Numbered from the stretch's first letter, positions 24,601-38,597 are shown. The stretch is DNA of 64,000 nucleotides from Octopus sinensis (GCF_006345805.1 NC_043004.1:33480001-33544000), one strand, 5' to 3'. Notes: generated by a model from the sequence alone, not told the origin. Translations and numbers: made by a program.

Positions 24601-25307
24601 CTCCAGGTAGCAAATCTAGCAGTGGGCATCTGCTTGCCAGCCTTGACAAAGATTTGCTTCTTCATCGGATGGGGGGTATTTGCTATGGTTATACAGACTT
24701 TTAAATAACAAAGTCAAACCAAGGAAATTTGAAACATAATTAGTAAAATAATATAATAAGATAATTGTGAGCTGATACATTAATGTAGTGGGACAAAAGT
24801 AATTTTTAATCTATACTTAAATATTAATCAGTTTTATGGCTAATGATATGAAAAGTCGTTAACATTAATGAATACTCTCTTTAAAAAAGTTAAGGGAGCC
24901 AACTCTGAAATAATTAGATAACTTAGTTATTTTAACAACTTAATATACTTAATTGTAGCCCTTTACAAATGATTGTCTGCATCAGAGTGAATAGAGTTGT
25001 CTATGCCTATAATCTTATGTCATAATTTAATATAATGCAACGGAATTTATTGAAACTATAAAATATTTAATATATGTAATAAATAACGCTGTTAAACGTT
25101 GGAGATATGATACAGGAGACAATAAGAACGTTATGAAGAGTGACAGCTAATTGAATCATTTAGATGTATTCTGCCAGTGAAAGGTTAACACTTTATACTC
25201 TAGCATTAATCATAAACTACAATCTTTGTCATGGACGCTTGTGGTTTTGTGGTTAGGCTGTTGCACCCAGTATTGTAAGATTGTGGTTTCAGTTCAAGGC
25301 AGCGAGC

Positions 25308-25708
25308 TAGCAGAAATGTTAGTACACCGGGCAAAATGCTTTGCGGTATTTCGTCTGTCGTTACGTTGTGAGTTCAAATTCCGCTGAGGTCAACTTTGCC
25401 TTTCATCTTTTCGGGGTCGATAAATTAAGTACCAGTTATGCACTGGGGTCGATGTAATCGACTTAATACCTATGTCTGTCTTTGTTTGTCCCCTCTATGT
25501 TTAGCCCCTTTTGGGTAATAAAGAAATAGGTATTTCGTCTGCCGTTACGTTCTGAGTTCAAATTCCGCCGAGGTCGACTTTGCATTTCATCCTTTTGGGG
25601 TCGATTAAATAAGTACCAGTTATGGACTGGGGTCGATATACTCGACTTAATCCGTTTTTCTGTCCTTGTTTGTCCTCTCTGTGTTTAGCCTCTTGTGGGC
25701 TGTAAAGA
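25308..25708 (+). mobile_element. SINE family B, two tandem bodies
   Basis: gcgagctagcagaaatgttag...gagttcaaattccgctgaggtcaactttgcctttcatc, repeated. Confidence 0.85.
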
Positions 25709-25965
25709 AATAGGTTTCAATTCCTGGACTGGGCAATACATTATGTTCTTGAGCAAAGCATTTCATTTCACTCAAAGACGAGTTACCTTGTGAAGGTCCA
25801 GTATTCCATTCAGCACAAAATTGTATAGATGTCACAGAATCCAGGAAATTGGCTTTACTGAGGCTATAGTGTAAGAAGGATCTTTGATCCTTTTGTTTTT
25901 CTGTCAATCTTTTTTTATCTGTGACATTGGCTCAGTCTGCCAAACTTTAAAAAGGTGCCTATTTC

Positions 25966-26181
25966 TTTACTACCCACAAGGGGCTAAACACAGAGAGGAC
26001 AAACAAGGACAGACAAACGTATTAAGTCGATCATATCGACCCCAGTGCGTAACTGGTACTTATTTAATCGACCCTAAAAGGATGAAAGGCAAAGTCGACC
26101 TCGGCGGAATTTGAACTCAGAATGTAGCAGCAGACGAAATACCAGAAAGCATTTCGCCTGGCGTGCTAACGTTTCTGCCAC
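25966..26181 (-). mobile_element. SINE family B
   Basis: cctatttctttactacccacaaggggctaaacac...gtcgacctcggcggaatttgaactcag. Confidence 0.9.
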
Positions 26182-26859
26182 GTAAGTGCCACTGTTTTAG
26201 TTAAGTGTTGCTTTAGTTAAGTTCAGGTTTTCTTATTGGGTATCACAATACCACATCTCTCTCTCTCTCTCTCTCTCTCTCGCTCTCCAAGAGATTCTGA
26301 AACTGGTAAAATGATGTGCAGTGTGATGAAAGATATTGAAGAAATGTTTTATAATGGAAGTGATGACAGATCCAAAGTATAAAACTGAGAAATTAATTTT
26401 CCTTGTTTTAGAAATCCAAAGTAAATATAAGATGAATTCCTCTGTTTAAGAATAAAAAAAACAAGTACTATCACTCAAAGAATTCAATGATTGTTATTAT
26501 TTTGAATTCAAAGAGTTATCTCTCTCATTTTGCTTATGGTCAAACATTTTTGTGTTAAATAAATTAATACACAGATGCTCTAGAAACAGGTGGTAGTAGT
26601 AGTAGTAATAGAATTCACTGTGGAAGGTTTTTTATTGTTGGATGCCCTTCCCGTCACCAAACCTTGCTTATTTCCAAACAACATACTTTCCCATGGCCAG
26701 ACATGCTTTCACAAAAGTTTGAAAATGCAGTATACCACTTTCATGATGGTAGTGCTTGTTTCAACTAGCTGTGATATCAAGACAAGGACACATTCACACA
26801 CACATTGTATACAGTTATATTTCTGTTTATCTATCTATCTTTCTGTCTGTACTGTGTAT

Positions 26860-26895
<36 letters not shown>

Positions 26896-27104
26896 TCTTT
26901 TCTGTTTTTTGATGAAAAATTTAATATTTGATCAAAGCATTTCCTTCTTAAGCAAGTGACTCGGTGCACAAGGAGTTACCTAGTCTTTTGTATCTAATTT
27001 GTAACACATAATAAACAAATATATAATTCATATAGTTTAATCCAATCCTCACTTTGCTCACCATTCTGGGTTTTTCTCTAAACTCTTTATGTATTCGAAT
27101 GCCC

Positions 27105-27297
27105 CTATTCAGTGCCCTGCTTTCATCAACCCTGAAAGGATGAAAAGCGAAGTCAACCCTGACAGAATTTGAACTCAGAATGTAAAGCTTGAAAAAATGT
27201 CACAAAGCATTTTGTCCAGGGTGCTAACTATTCTTCCAGCTTGATCCCCTAACTGATAATAATTTCAATAATAATGATAATAATGATGATGATGATG

Positions 27298-27352
<55 letters not shown>

Positions 27353-28492
27353 TCCTTTCTTCTATAGGCACAATGTCTGAAATTTGGTGGGAGGGGATTA
27401 GTTGATCACATTGACCCCAGTGTTTTACTGGTACTTAATCTATTGACCCCTGAAATTATTAGAGGCAACGTTGGCCTCAGCAGAATTTGAACTCAGAATG
27501 TAATAACAAGTGAAATACCACTAAGCATTTCCACTCAGTGAGCTAACAATTCTGCCAGCTCACTGCTTTAGTAATAATAATAATAATAATAATAATATTT
27601 TCTACTAAAGACAGAAGACCTGAAATTTTGGGGGAGGAGCCTAGTGATTACAGCGACCCCAGTGTTTCACTGATACTTAATTTATTGACCCCAAAAGGAT
27701 GAAAGGCAAAGTCGACCCTAGTGGTATTTGAACTCAGATCGTAAAGATAGATGAAATGCCATTACACATTTTTCCCAGCATGATAACGATTCTGCCAGCT
27801 TGCCACCTTAATACTACTACTACTACTACTACTACTAGGTGAAAGGGGCTAGTTGCTTACACTCACCCCAGTGCTCAACAGGTGCATATGTTTTCAACCC
27901 TAAAACGGTGAAAAGCAAAGTTGACCTCAGTGGAAATTGAACCCAGAGTGTAAAATGAGAAGGTAGCGAGCTGGCAGAAATGTTAGCTTGCCCAGCAAAA
28001 TGCTTAGCAGTATTCCATCTGTATTTATGTTCTGAGTTCAAATTCCACCAAAGTTGCTTTGCCTTTCCTCCTTTTGGGGTCGATAAATTAAGTACCAATT
28101 GCATACTGGGGTCGATCTAATCAACTGACCCTCTTCCCTGAAATTTTGGTTCTTGTGCCTAGAGTAGGAAAGAAAAGAATGTAAAACCAGAAGAAATTCT
28201 GTGAAGTATTTTGGCTGGTGTGCTGACGACTCTGCAGCTCCCTGTCTTTACAACAGCAACAACAATGGGGATAATAAACCTTTCTCCCAAAGGCACAAGC
28301 CCTGAAGTTTTGGGGAGGGAACCAGTCGATTACATTGATCCCAGTGCTAAGCTGGTAGTTATTTTATCAACACTAAAAGGATGAAAGGCAAAGTTGGCCT
28401 CAATGGAATTTGAACTCAGAATGTAGCTGCAGACAAAATACTGCCCATCATTTTGTCCTGCATGCTAACAATTCTGCCATCTTGCTGCCTTA
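27105..28492. mobile_element. Cluster of six family B SINEs (five minus, one plus) separated by AAT/ACT repeats
   Basis: Copies at ~27105, 27352, 27598, 27835 (-), 27961 (+), 28275 (-). Confidence 0.8.
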
Positions 28493-29337
28493 ACAATCAT
28501 AATAATGATAAGAGCAATATTTAGTCCATCTTACAACGCATCAAATTTCTTTTGTGCTATTTATATTTAATTTCTGGGAGAAAAAGCTATTTATTCTAAT
28601 TATTTGCCAAATTTATTCAAATTATTTGACAAATATTTGGTCTAAATGATAAGAAACATTTGTCTGTGTTTTCAGAATAAAAAGAACAAAACAAAGAAAT
28701 CATATTTCTAATGTCAGAACCTTTATTCTTTGTGTGTGAAGTCCATCACCTTGGTTCCATTCCGCTAAATTAGTTTATAGTTCAATAAGCAGCTTTAGAA
28801 AATTATATAAAAATAACAAAACAAAAAAAAATGGCCCTAAAAATATGTGCACCTTGATTTTCAATATCAAACCAATTAGTTATTTTGTTTGAAAGCAATG
28901 AATCTAAAAGTAAATTTAACAGAACCATGCAAGTAAATCCTTGTGGAAACAATAGAGTTGTACAATAATAATGAGATTGGTAGAATGAGTACAGTTTATA
29001 GCTTTTCTGTCTGATACAGTTATTTCATGTTAACTTACTGATTTTTTAAATATCTGAGATATTACTGGGTGGGTTAAGAGGGTGGTCTGCAAAGAAGTGG
29101 CTTCAGGTTCAGTCTTACTATATGACACCTTGGTACATCTTATTCCATAAATTTTGAGTCAACCAAAGACTTTGATAGAAGAGGAAATTGTACAGAAGCT
29201 TACTGGTGTGATCAAACTTTTTTTTTTGTGGGGTAGACCTAATCCATAACCTGGTTTAACACCATACACTTGACTCCTGGTTGCCTTTAGTAGAATGCAT
29301 TCCATACTATTAAATCCATGTCTTTAATGTCTTTAAA

Positions 29338-29745
29338 GGCACAGGAGTGGCTGTGTGGTAAGTAGCATTGCTTACCAACCACATGGTTCCGGGTTCAGTC
29401 CCACTGTGTGGTACCTTGGGCAAGTGTCTTCTACTATAGCCTCGGGCCGACCAAAGCCTTGTGAGTGGATTTTGTAGACAGGAACTGAAAGAAGCCCGTC
29501 GTATATATGTATATATATGTGTATATATATTATGTGCGTGTGTATTTGTGTGTCTGTGTTTGTCCCCCTGGCATTGCTTGACAACCGATGCTGGTGTGTT
29601 TATGTCCCCGTCACTTAGCGGTTCAGCAAAAGAGACCGATAGAATAAGTACTGGGCTTACAAAGAATAAGACCCGGGGTCGAGTTGCTCGATTAAAGGTG
29701 GTGCTCCAGCATGGCCGCAGTCAAATGACTGAAACATGTAAAAAG
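29338..29745 (+). mobile_element. SINE family A, full length
   Basis: ggcacaggagtggctgtgtggtaagtagc...atgactgaaac. Confidence 0.9.
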
Positions 29746-30579
29746 AGTATACATAAAGTGTAAGAGTAAGAAAGTAATATGAAGAATACTTCCTCCCTTT
29801 CTCCCACTTGTTGACTCTGAAGGTGATGAACAATGCTCTGCTAACTTTGATTAAGTTTTAAAATATCAAAATAGTTTCTATAATTTGTCTTTAGAGGGAA
29901 AGTGAAGTGATGATCACAGAAGATTGTTAATTAAATGTGAATCCAAATTAACTACCAGGAGACTAAAAATGCACAGTTTTTACTATTAGTAGACTAAAAG
30001 ATGTTCTGTTTTCTTATGACTAAAATCTTGGTTTGTAAATTTGAACTTTGTAGAAACTAAAAGAGTCTCCTAAGATCTGTTGAATTACTTTCAATGAACA
30101 AATTCCTTATTACATAGCTGCTTAATTTTGAAATTGTAGATTCCCTGTTAGAATGTCATGGGAAAGAATCTCAAGATGGATTCTTCAAGCCAAGGATTGG
30201 ACCATGAACAAGATGGTTGGATAATATTAATAGTCTCAGATGATAATGATTAGGAATCCAAGCGTAAGATGTAATGACTGTTGCTTCTGACAGGACACTA
30301 TGGGGTTAGGGTGGGGGTGGTGGCTGAGGACTCTGCCTTCATGAGCCTCCCATGAAGAGAAGATCGAAGGATAGATGGAACTCCTTGTTTTTCTCTGGAG
30401 ATGAATATTCAACTGAAGAAGCAGTATTTGAATGTTACAACATAGATCAGGGAGGATTGGTTCTTGCCCTACAAATGTGTTTCTGTAATTCCCTTTAATT
30501 CTAAACAGTGTGTCAATTAGTACAATTGATTTTGTTTAATTGCAGAGCAGATAGTTGTACAATTCTGTTAATTACATAC

Positions 30580-30612
30580 CTTTTGGAAACACAAAACTAT
30601 TTAGCATCAAAT
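30580..30612 (-). CDS. Candidate 33-nt symmetric microexon (phase 1: DLMLNSFVFPK)
   Basis: cagttttacatAG|ATTTGATGCTAAATAGTTTTGTGTTTCCAAAAG|GTATGT. Confidence 0.3.
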
Positions 30613-31064
30613 CTATGTAAAACTGATCACTTGTATATGAAACGATGTCAGTTTTGATTAATTGTATATTTTTCCTGATTGTTGAGTAAAAGAATAAAAA
30701 CTGACAGAAAGTAACAAATTTAATATTTCTTTGATTTAATTGAATAAAGTGATTCTGGAAGCTTCCGTTTTCATGATGAGTTAAAATGACAGCAGTCAGA
30801 ACATCATGTTTACAAACAACTGCTGTCAAAAGAGTCAAATGTATTGGAGGCATTCTTACCATTTCAAGGAATTAAAGACTATCAAAGTTCAGATTGCTGT
30901 GTATTTTTATTTTACTTTTAATTGTGAATTATAACTCTTCAAAAAATATTCTTCTGTGGAAATAAAGTTTGTGAAAGGAGAATTCTGTGACTGAGAAGAC
31001 CTGGCAAATAAAGTGAGATCACAGCTGTAACCTACACTGGTGTCGCATAACCAGTCAATGCAAA

Positions 31065-31562
31065 AGTACCCTTGGATCGTAGGGCAACATGCCATGCTTG
31101 AGGAGACCTATTGAGTCAAGTACATCAACATCAAATAAAATCAAATTACAATCAAATGGAAATTGTAGTTGTAGTCCCCATGCCGGTGGCACACAAAGAA
31201 CACCATCCGAACATAGTCGATGCCAGCCCTCTCGCCCTGATGGCTTCTGTGCCGATGTCACATAAAAAGCACCATCCAAACATGGCCAATGCCAGCACCA
31301 CCTTGACTGGCTCCCATGCCAGTGACACATAAAAAGCACCATCTGATCATGGTCGATGCCAGCTCCCTCTGGCCCCTGTGCCAATGGCACATAAAAAGCA
31401 CTCACTACACTCCTGGAGTGGTTGGCATAAGGAAGGGCATCCAACTGTACAAACATTGCCAGATCAGACTGGAGTCTGGTGCAGCCTCCTGGCTCTCCAG
31501 ACCCCAGTCAAACCGTCCAACTCATGCCAGCATGGAAAACAGACGTTAAACGATGATGATGG
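31065..31562 (+). mobile_element. Retroposon family C, long copy with internal tandem subunits
   Basis: Repeated gtgccrrtggcacataaaaagcaccatc units followed by the conserved tail. Confidence 0.85.
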
Positions 31563-31949
31563 TGAACTAAGCTATATTTTGTTTATTGGTTACATTAGCC
31601 TGTCATTGACCCCATTAAATATTTTTAAAAAACTGCATGACCCCCAGCTGTTTTCACTGAGTAATTTAAAATATAGTGAGACATCATTTGATGAATCTAA
31701 TTCATTCCTCAAGGCTGTTTGTCAATCGAAATGCTTGTAAATCAAAACTATTTTTCCAAAGGAAAATCCAAGAGAAGGCGAATTCAGGCAGGACTGTGAA
31801 AGCCAGACAGCAGCTGATGCTCTCCCCTTGATACTCCCAGTACGGCGCCAACCATTGTTGCTGAATTGCATGTTTGTTACTTGAGACAACGTTTGTCACC
31901 TGAGATGTTTAATGTTAAAACAATTAATCATATACTGATTTGGTCAGGA

Positions 31950-32325
31950 GGTGAGGTGTTTGTAAAATTGCCATTACCGCCTGACTGGCCCCCGTGACGT
32001 GACACGTAAAAGGGCACCATTCGAGTGTGATCATTACCAACATCGCCTTATTGGCACCTGTGCCGTTGGCATGTGTAAAAAGATTCGAGCGAGGTCATTG
32101 CCAGTACCGCCTGACTGGCCCCCATACTGGTGGCTCATAAAAGCACCCACTACACTCTCAGAGTGGTTGGCATTAGGTAGGGCATCCAGCTGTAGAAACT
32201 CTGCCAGATCAAGGTTGGAGCCTGGTGCAGCCATCTGGTTCGCCAGCCCTCAGTCAAAATCGTCCAACCCATGCTAGCATGGAAAGCAGACGTTAAACGA
32301 TGATGATGATGATGATGATGATGAA
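31950..32325 (+). mobile_element. Retroposon family C
   Basis: ttgccagtaccgcctgactggcc...ggaaagcagacgttaaacgatgatg. Confidence 0.85.
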
Positions 32326-32499
32326 ATACAGGTGCAAATGTGACTGTGTGGTTAAGAAATTTGTTTCTCAACTCTTTGGTTTTGAATTCAGTTTTTGGGT
32401 TCAGATAGTTTTAGTAGAAACCATAAAAATATCTGTTAACTTGAAATTCTTAAAATACATTTAAAAACATGATCTCTAAAAGACTGTTCTTGTATTACT

Positions 32500-33100
32500 G
32501 CTTTTGTTTTATTGGCCTCACACACGTAGAATGGCTTCCATAGCAAACGATTATAGATGGCTTATGATGGACAGCAATATCCCTCAATAGGTTATTAGCA
32601 CAATTGAATTGAAGAAAGAAGGAATTGATTGTAAGATATTTCATACTTTTGTGGAGTTGATTCAATTGAAATATTTTGATTTCAGAGAGGAAACGATCTG
32701 TTGAGTTCACAACTAATGTACGATCAGTTCATTGAATCTATATCAAGAATAGAGAAAATATCTCTCATTCGATTCATATTTGAAAAAAGTATCCCAAATA
32801 TATTAAAGCTAATAGAGCCTGAAGGAATTCTCTTTATTCTATTCTTAGAAATAATCTGGAAAACTGCCAGCAAGCTGACAATGGAAGAAAGTTGAGATTC
32901 AGTGAAATCAAGAAGTGCTGAAGAGAAAAGTTAGAGAGGACCAGCAAAGTAGGGTTTCACAAAGAAAATTGTACAGGATTGAGTTGAATCAAGGAATGTT
33001 GTCTTGCCTGACTGCAGCCCTTATTGATAAATGGGAAAGAACACGATGAGGGTGATAGGTTAGGTGTATCTTTGTGGTGATGGTGGAGGGGATTGCGGTT
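32500..33100 (+). mobile_element. Very degenerate LINE RT-region fragment
   Basis: Stop-riddled frame ending ...PLLINGKE; weak similarity only. Confidence 0.25.
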
Positions 33101-33231
33101 ACATATAGTAATGACGATGATTAAGACATCTATGGCATTTAATTCCAATAATTAATATTAGAGATGATGTTTGGGTGGTGAGTTGGCACACTGGGCAAAA
33201 TGGCCAGTGACATTTTGTCCATCTTTACATT

Positions 33232-33795
33232 CATCATCATCGTCACCATCATTGCTTAACGTCCGTTTTCCATGCTGGCATGGGTTGGACGGTTTGACTA
33301 GGGACTGGAAAGCCAGATGACTGCACCAGGCTCCAATCTGATCTGGCAAGGTTTGCTACAGCTGTATACCCTTCCTAATGCCAACCAGTCTGAGAGTGTA
33401 GTGGGTACTTTTTTTTATGTGCCACTGACATGGGAGCCAGTCAGGTGGCACTGGCATCATCCATGTACAGATGGCGCTTTTTACGTGCCATCGACACAAA
33501 AGCCAATCGGGGAGGGGATGGGGAGAGGGCAGGGGATTTGGACTGGCATTGACCGCATTCGGATGGTGCCTTTTACATGCCACCAGCACGGGGAGTCAGT
33601 CAGGCAGCACTGGCATCAATCCATGCTTGACTGGTGCTTATTATATGCCACCAACACAGGTGCCAATCAAGCGGCACTGGCATCGACCCACGCTTGACTG
33701 GTGCTTATTACATTCCACCAACACAGGTGCCAGTCAGGCGGCACTGGCATCGGCGATGATTACAATTTCCATTTTGATTTCGATCCTGATTTTAT
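33232..33795 (-). mobile_element. Retroposon family C with multiple internal subunits
   Basis: Reverse complement of the family C tail plus about six subunit copies. Confidence 0.85.
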
Positions 33796-33944
33796 TTTGA
33801 TTTTGAATTTAGATTCTGCTTAAGTAGAGGTGGGGGGTCAGTAAAATAAATATCAGTTGAACACTGGGGGTGGGGGGTTGATCTAGCCCTAACCCTCACC
33901 CTACTCAACTTACACTTGAAACCAGTATTAGAGATTGCTTTAAG

Positions 33945-34155
33945 GCAGTGAGCTGGCAGAATTGTTATGCCAGGCAAAATGCATAGTAGCATTTCATCTG
34001 TCTCTACATTCTGAGTTCATATTCAACTGAGGTCAATTTTGCCTTTCATCCTTTCGGGGTCGATAAAATAAGTACCAGTTTTGTACTGGGGAGTCAATGT
34101 AATTAATTAAGCTCCTTCCTCCAAAATTACTGGCTTTGTGTCAAAATTTGAAGTC
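33945..34155 (+). mobile_element. SINE family B
   Basis: aggcagtgagctggcagaattgtt...gcctttcatcctttcggggtcgataaaataagtacc. Confidence 0.8.
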
Positions 34156-36144
34156 AGTTTTAGAGATAGCTTTGATTCTACTGAGTTTGGGATGGTGTTA
34201 AGTGTTATTGTAAGAAATAATAACTGAATATGACTCTATGTTGTGGGAGGAAGAATGCTTGCTTTTCATGCCTCAAAATGAAAGTAATTTCTGTGACTTT
34301 GGAGTGACTAGCACCCAAAGAATCCTTCACAGAAGGGGATTTGCACCAATCATTTTTATCATGGAACTAAAAAGAAACTCTGGTGTACCTTCACTAATCT
34401 TTGGTAGTAAAGTATAGAATGACAGATACTGCTTGGGTTTGACATGCTGTCTCTCAAAATATGGCAGAGTGTCTTTGAGATCCTGAGTAAATTTGTGACT
34501 GTTTATAAATACGAAAGAAGTGTTAAATGTAATAGATTCAGAATTGGTTGAACTCAGATGAAATATTTTAACTGAAGAGGTTACAGTTCAAACACTCTGT
34601 TATAGAAAATCTAATTTGCATTAAAAATAAAAACATATTAAAAACTGTAAAAATAACGATTGTTAACTTCAACACAAGGCCAATAATTAGATGTGTGTGT
34701 GAAGTTGGTTGTAGTTGGTTTCAAGCTTTCATTGCTAACATTTTTGTTAAAATACATTGTTTTTCTTTTAATTAATTTTGAAAATAACGAAGAGTATAAT
34801 TAAATAACTTTGTTATTATCAAGCTGATTTTTGGGTCATAAATTAACATGAAATTTTAATTTCTATCACTTTAAAATAGAAAGATGGTGCCATGGGTCTC
34901 AGGTAGTTTGATGTCAAAATGGTTTAATTAATCTCCAAATATTACTGGTATTAATTTTATCAACCCTAGAAAAACGAAAGGCAAAATTAGTGTTGGTATG
35001 ATTTGATTTCAGAATATAATGGAGCACTTGTGATATTGGGGTTGAGTTTTATCTGAAATGAGTCCTTTGAAGAAATAATCTGTAATTTTGTTTTTACCCC
35101 AGCCCTTGGTCCAAGGATGCTTTTAATAGAATACACTTTGTTAATATAAACAAACCCTCCTTTTTCCAGCAAGTCATTAAAGTGGCTCTGGAATGGTTTA
35201 TGGGGTATTATCCTTCTTCCCCTTATTCATGCCTCTGATACCAACCCTCCTGAGACCATTTCTGGTTCCACAATATAAATGTCCTGTTTTAACGTGATGT
35301 AAAAACCTTCCATTGCAATTTCACATTAATTTATATTCCAAACACCAGCTTGTTTTTATTTTACTAAATTCTTTCTTATTTTTCAAAGTTAATTGAAACA
35401 AAGTACCGTACTTCATTAGAAATATGGTAATGAAAAAAGGTTAAGCCATAAGAAAATAATTTTATCTTCCACTGCTGCAATAATAACAAAAGCAAATTTG
35501 TGAAATTGCTCGAATAAAACATTTACATTCCCATTTTTTAACATTTAAAACAAAAATTTTTGTATACTATCTTTCTCATAATATCTTTATGTCCAAAGTG
35601 TGAGGATGGGGGAGATTGTTAAAATACTTGTATGTAATTATTGTTAATCTACATAAAAATAAATTAAAAAATCATATAAGAAATACATAAAACCTTACCA
35701 AAAAAAAGACACAGAAGCTTTTCTTTCGTGTCCTTCATTTCCCCCACCTCCTTACAATGGAGAAACAGTTACTATACTGCTATTTATAATGAAGGAAAGA
35801 AGTAGAAAATAAAATATTTGCCATTTAATGACAGTAAATCATAAAGACAGTTTTTGTGGAAGAAACATATGATATAGTTGATTGAATCAATCATAGTGTG
35901 GTATTGGTTATTACTTTATTGATCTTCAAATGATTCAAGTTGAAATAGACTTACATGACTTTTGAATGTAACAAGATAAATTTATTACAATGAATTAGCT
36001 ACCAGCAAACATTTAACCTGTCTCACAACCATAACTGCCAACTCAATCATTTGTGATAAACAGAAATAAAAACTATAAACTTAAGATAAAACCAAAACTC
36101 AAACAAAATTCGGCAGATCTTGCTGCTGTTCAAGTTCCTAGTTA

Positions 36145-36565
36145 GTCTATTTCTTTACTACCCACAAGGGGCTAAACACAGAGGGGACAAACAAGGACAG
36201 ACAAACGGATTAAGTCGATTATATCGACCCCAGTGCATAACTGGTACTTATTTAATCAACCCCGAAAGGATGAAAGGCAAAGTCGACCTCGGCGGAATTC
36301 GAACTCAGAAAGTAGCGGCAGACGAAATACCTATTTATTTAGTACCCACAAGGGGCTAAACACAGAGAGGACAAACAAGGACAGACAAACCGATTAAGTT
36401 GATTATATCGACCCCAGTGTGTAACTGGTACTTATTTAATTGACCCCAAAATGATGAAAGGCAAAGTCAACCTCGGTGGAATTTGAACTCAGAATGTAGT
36501 GGCAGACGAAATACTGCAAAGCGTTTTGCCTGGTGTGCCAATGCTTCTGCCAGCTCTCCACCTTT
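36145..36565 (-). mobile_element. SINE family B, two tandem bodies
   Basis: cccacaaggggctaaacacagag...ggcagacgaaatac, twice. Confidence 0.9.
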
Positions 36566-36844
36566 TTAGCTCCTAGCTAGTCCTCATCAAGTGGAATTAT
36601 GGCTGTAGATGACTAATTTAAATGCCACTTTCTGTCCAAGACTAATTTTCCTAGATGCATCTTACTTCTTATGCCTACTTTTCAGCAAAAAAAAAAACAA
36701 AACGAAAAAGATATTGGAATGATTGCGATGTTGTAACAAAATTAGATGAAAAAATTCTGTTTTTATCATTTTAGAAATTACAGATTCTAAATGTGTTGTT
36801 TTGAACCTGACAGACTATTATTGCAGCCTCTATGTTGTTATTGT

Positions 36845-37195
36845 ACTTTGGCTGTGTAGTAAGTAACTTGTTTACCAGCCACATGGTTCTGGGTTCAGTC
36901 CCACTGCATGGCACCTTGGGCAAGTGTCTTCTAGTATAGCCTCGGGCCGACCAAAGCCTTATATGTGTGTGTGTGTGTGTTTATGTGTTTGTGTTTATCC
37001 CCCCAACATCACTTGACAACCGATGGTGGTGTGTTTACATCCCCGTAATTCAGCGGTTCGGCAAAAGAGACCAATAGAATAAGTACTAGGCTTACAAAGA
37101 ATAAGTCCTGGGGTTGATTTACTCGACTAAAGGTGGTGCTCCAGCATGGCCACAGTCAAATGACTGAAACAAGTAAAAGAGTAAACGAGTAAAGA
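36845..37195 (+). mobile_element. SINE family A
   Basis: ggctgtgtagtaagtaacttgtttaccagccacatgg...gactgaaacaagtaaaagag. Confidence 0.85.
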
Positions 37196-37619
37196 GTAAA
37201 TATTGTTATTGTACTGTACATATTGCTATTATGACAATACCAATACGTTGGGTGTAATAACATCTGGTAAGCGCAGAGACGGTCTATATGTTGTTGATAT
37301 TTAGTCTCAGGTGACCTCTGTTAAGCAAACGAATAATTAATTACTGTCAACAACTCCATTTTTTTCAAAAAATTGTTGGATATTGCTTTTTTTTTTTGTT
37401 ACAATTTGTACTTTTAATAAACAATGAAGAACAAATTGTAATAGTGATGGCAGTATTGTTGGAGAAAGAAACAGTAGACAGATTGATAGATTTATTCTCG
37501 GTTACTATTGTGTATGCCAGACTCTATGTACGTTACGACAGTCTGCCCAGCGTGGTGGAGCTGGAGCAACTAATGGAGCACATAGCGGATGAACACCCCG
37601 GATAATTATAATTGTAGAT

Positions 37620-37853
37620 ATGTATTTCTTTACTGCCCACAAGTGGCTAAACATAGAGGGGACAAACAAGGACAGATAAACGGATTAAGTCGATTACATC
37701 GACCCCAGTGCGCAACTGGTACTTTATTTATCGACCCCGAGAGGATGAAAGGCAAAGTTGACCTCGGCGGAATTTGAACTCAGAACGTAACGACAGACGA
37801 AATACCGCTAAGCATTTCGCCCAGCGCGCTAATGTTTCTGCCAGCTTGCCGCC
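37620..37853 (-). mobile_element. SINE family B
   Basis: Full-length match to other copies. Confidence 0.85.
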
Positions 37854-38354
37854 AATAATTGTAGATATGAACAGTAAAATGAAACTTCGAGCTTTGGGGG
37901 GTGGGGGGTGGGGGGCTCGTAAGCCATTCCATTCCATCCGTTGTAAATATTTCATTTCATAATTATTTTTCGTTATATGTACCCCATATTTTGTGTTGTC
38001 TGTCCTTGTTATGTCCCCTCTATATTCAGGCTATACGCCTCTAATAAAGATTTATGTAACAGTGAAGGCTTTCTTGGTTCATAACATTTTTACATTTAAA
38101 AGCATAATTCTTATTGAACCTGTGGAGATAGAGTATAATTCTGGCTACGGTTCTGAATCTTGACCTAAAGCTACAGAGCTTGCATGGGAAATTACCATCT
38201 GTATCATCTCTTGTGAAAGGTAGAAGAATATTATGACCGGAGAAGAGTTATCTTATTGATGAGGTATGTTGACTGCTCAGAGTATCTACAAACTTCCCAA
38301 AGCAGGGTGTCTTACTTGAACAGAAGTTTCTTCTAATAATGGTATTTGGGTTGG

Positions 38355-38597
38355 TGGGTGAGCTGGCAGAATCATTAGCATGCTGGGTGAAATGCTTAGC
38401 AGTATTTTGTCTGCTGTTACGTTCTGAGTTCAAGTTCTGCCGAGGTCAACTTTGCCTTTCATCCTTTCAGGGTCAATTAAATAAGTACCAGTTACACACT
38501 GGGGGGTCGATGTAATATACTTAATCCCTTTGTCTGTCCTTGTTTGTCTCCTCTATGTTTAGCCCCCCCCCCCACCCTATGGGCAATAAAGAAATAA
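38355..38597 (+). mobile_element. SINE family B
   Basis: gggtgagctggcagaatcattagc...tgggcaataaagaaata. Confidence 0.85.

Noticed and set aside
32700-32930. LRR-like minus-strand peptide (ISKNRIKRIPSGS)
   Set aside because: Ends in a stop without a donor; the plus strand looks like a decayed LINE RT region.
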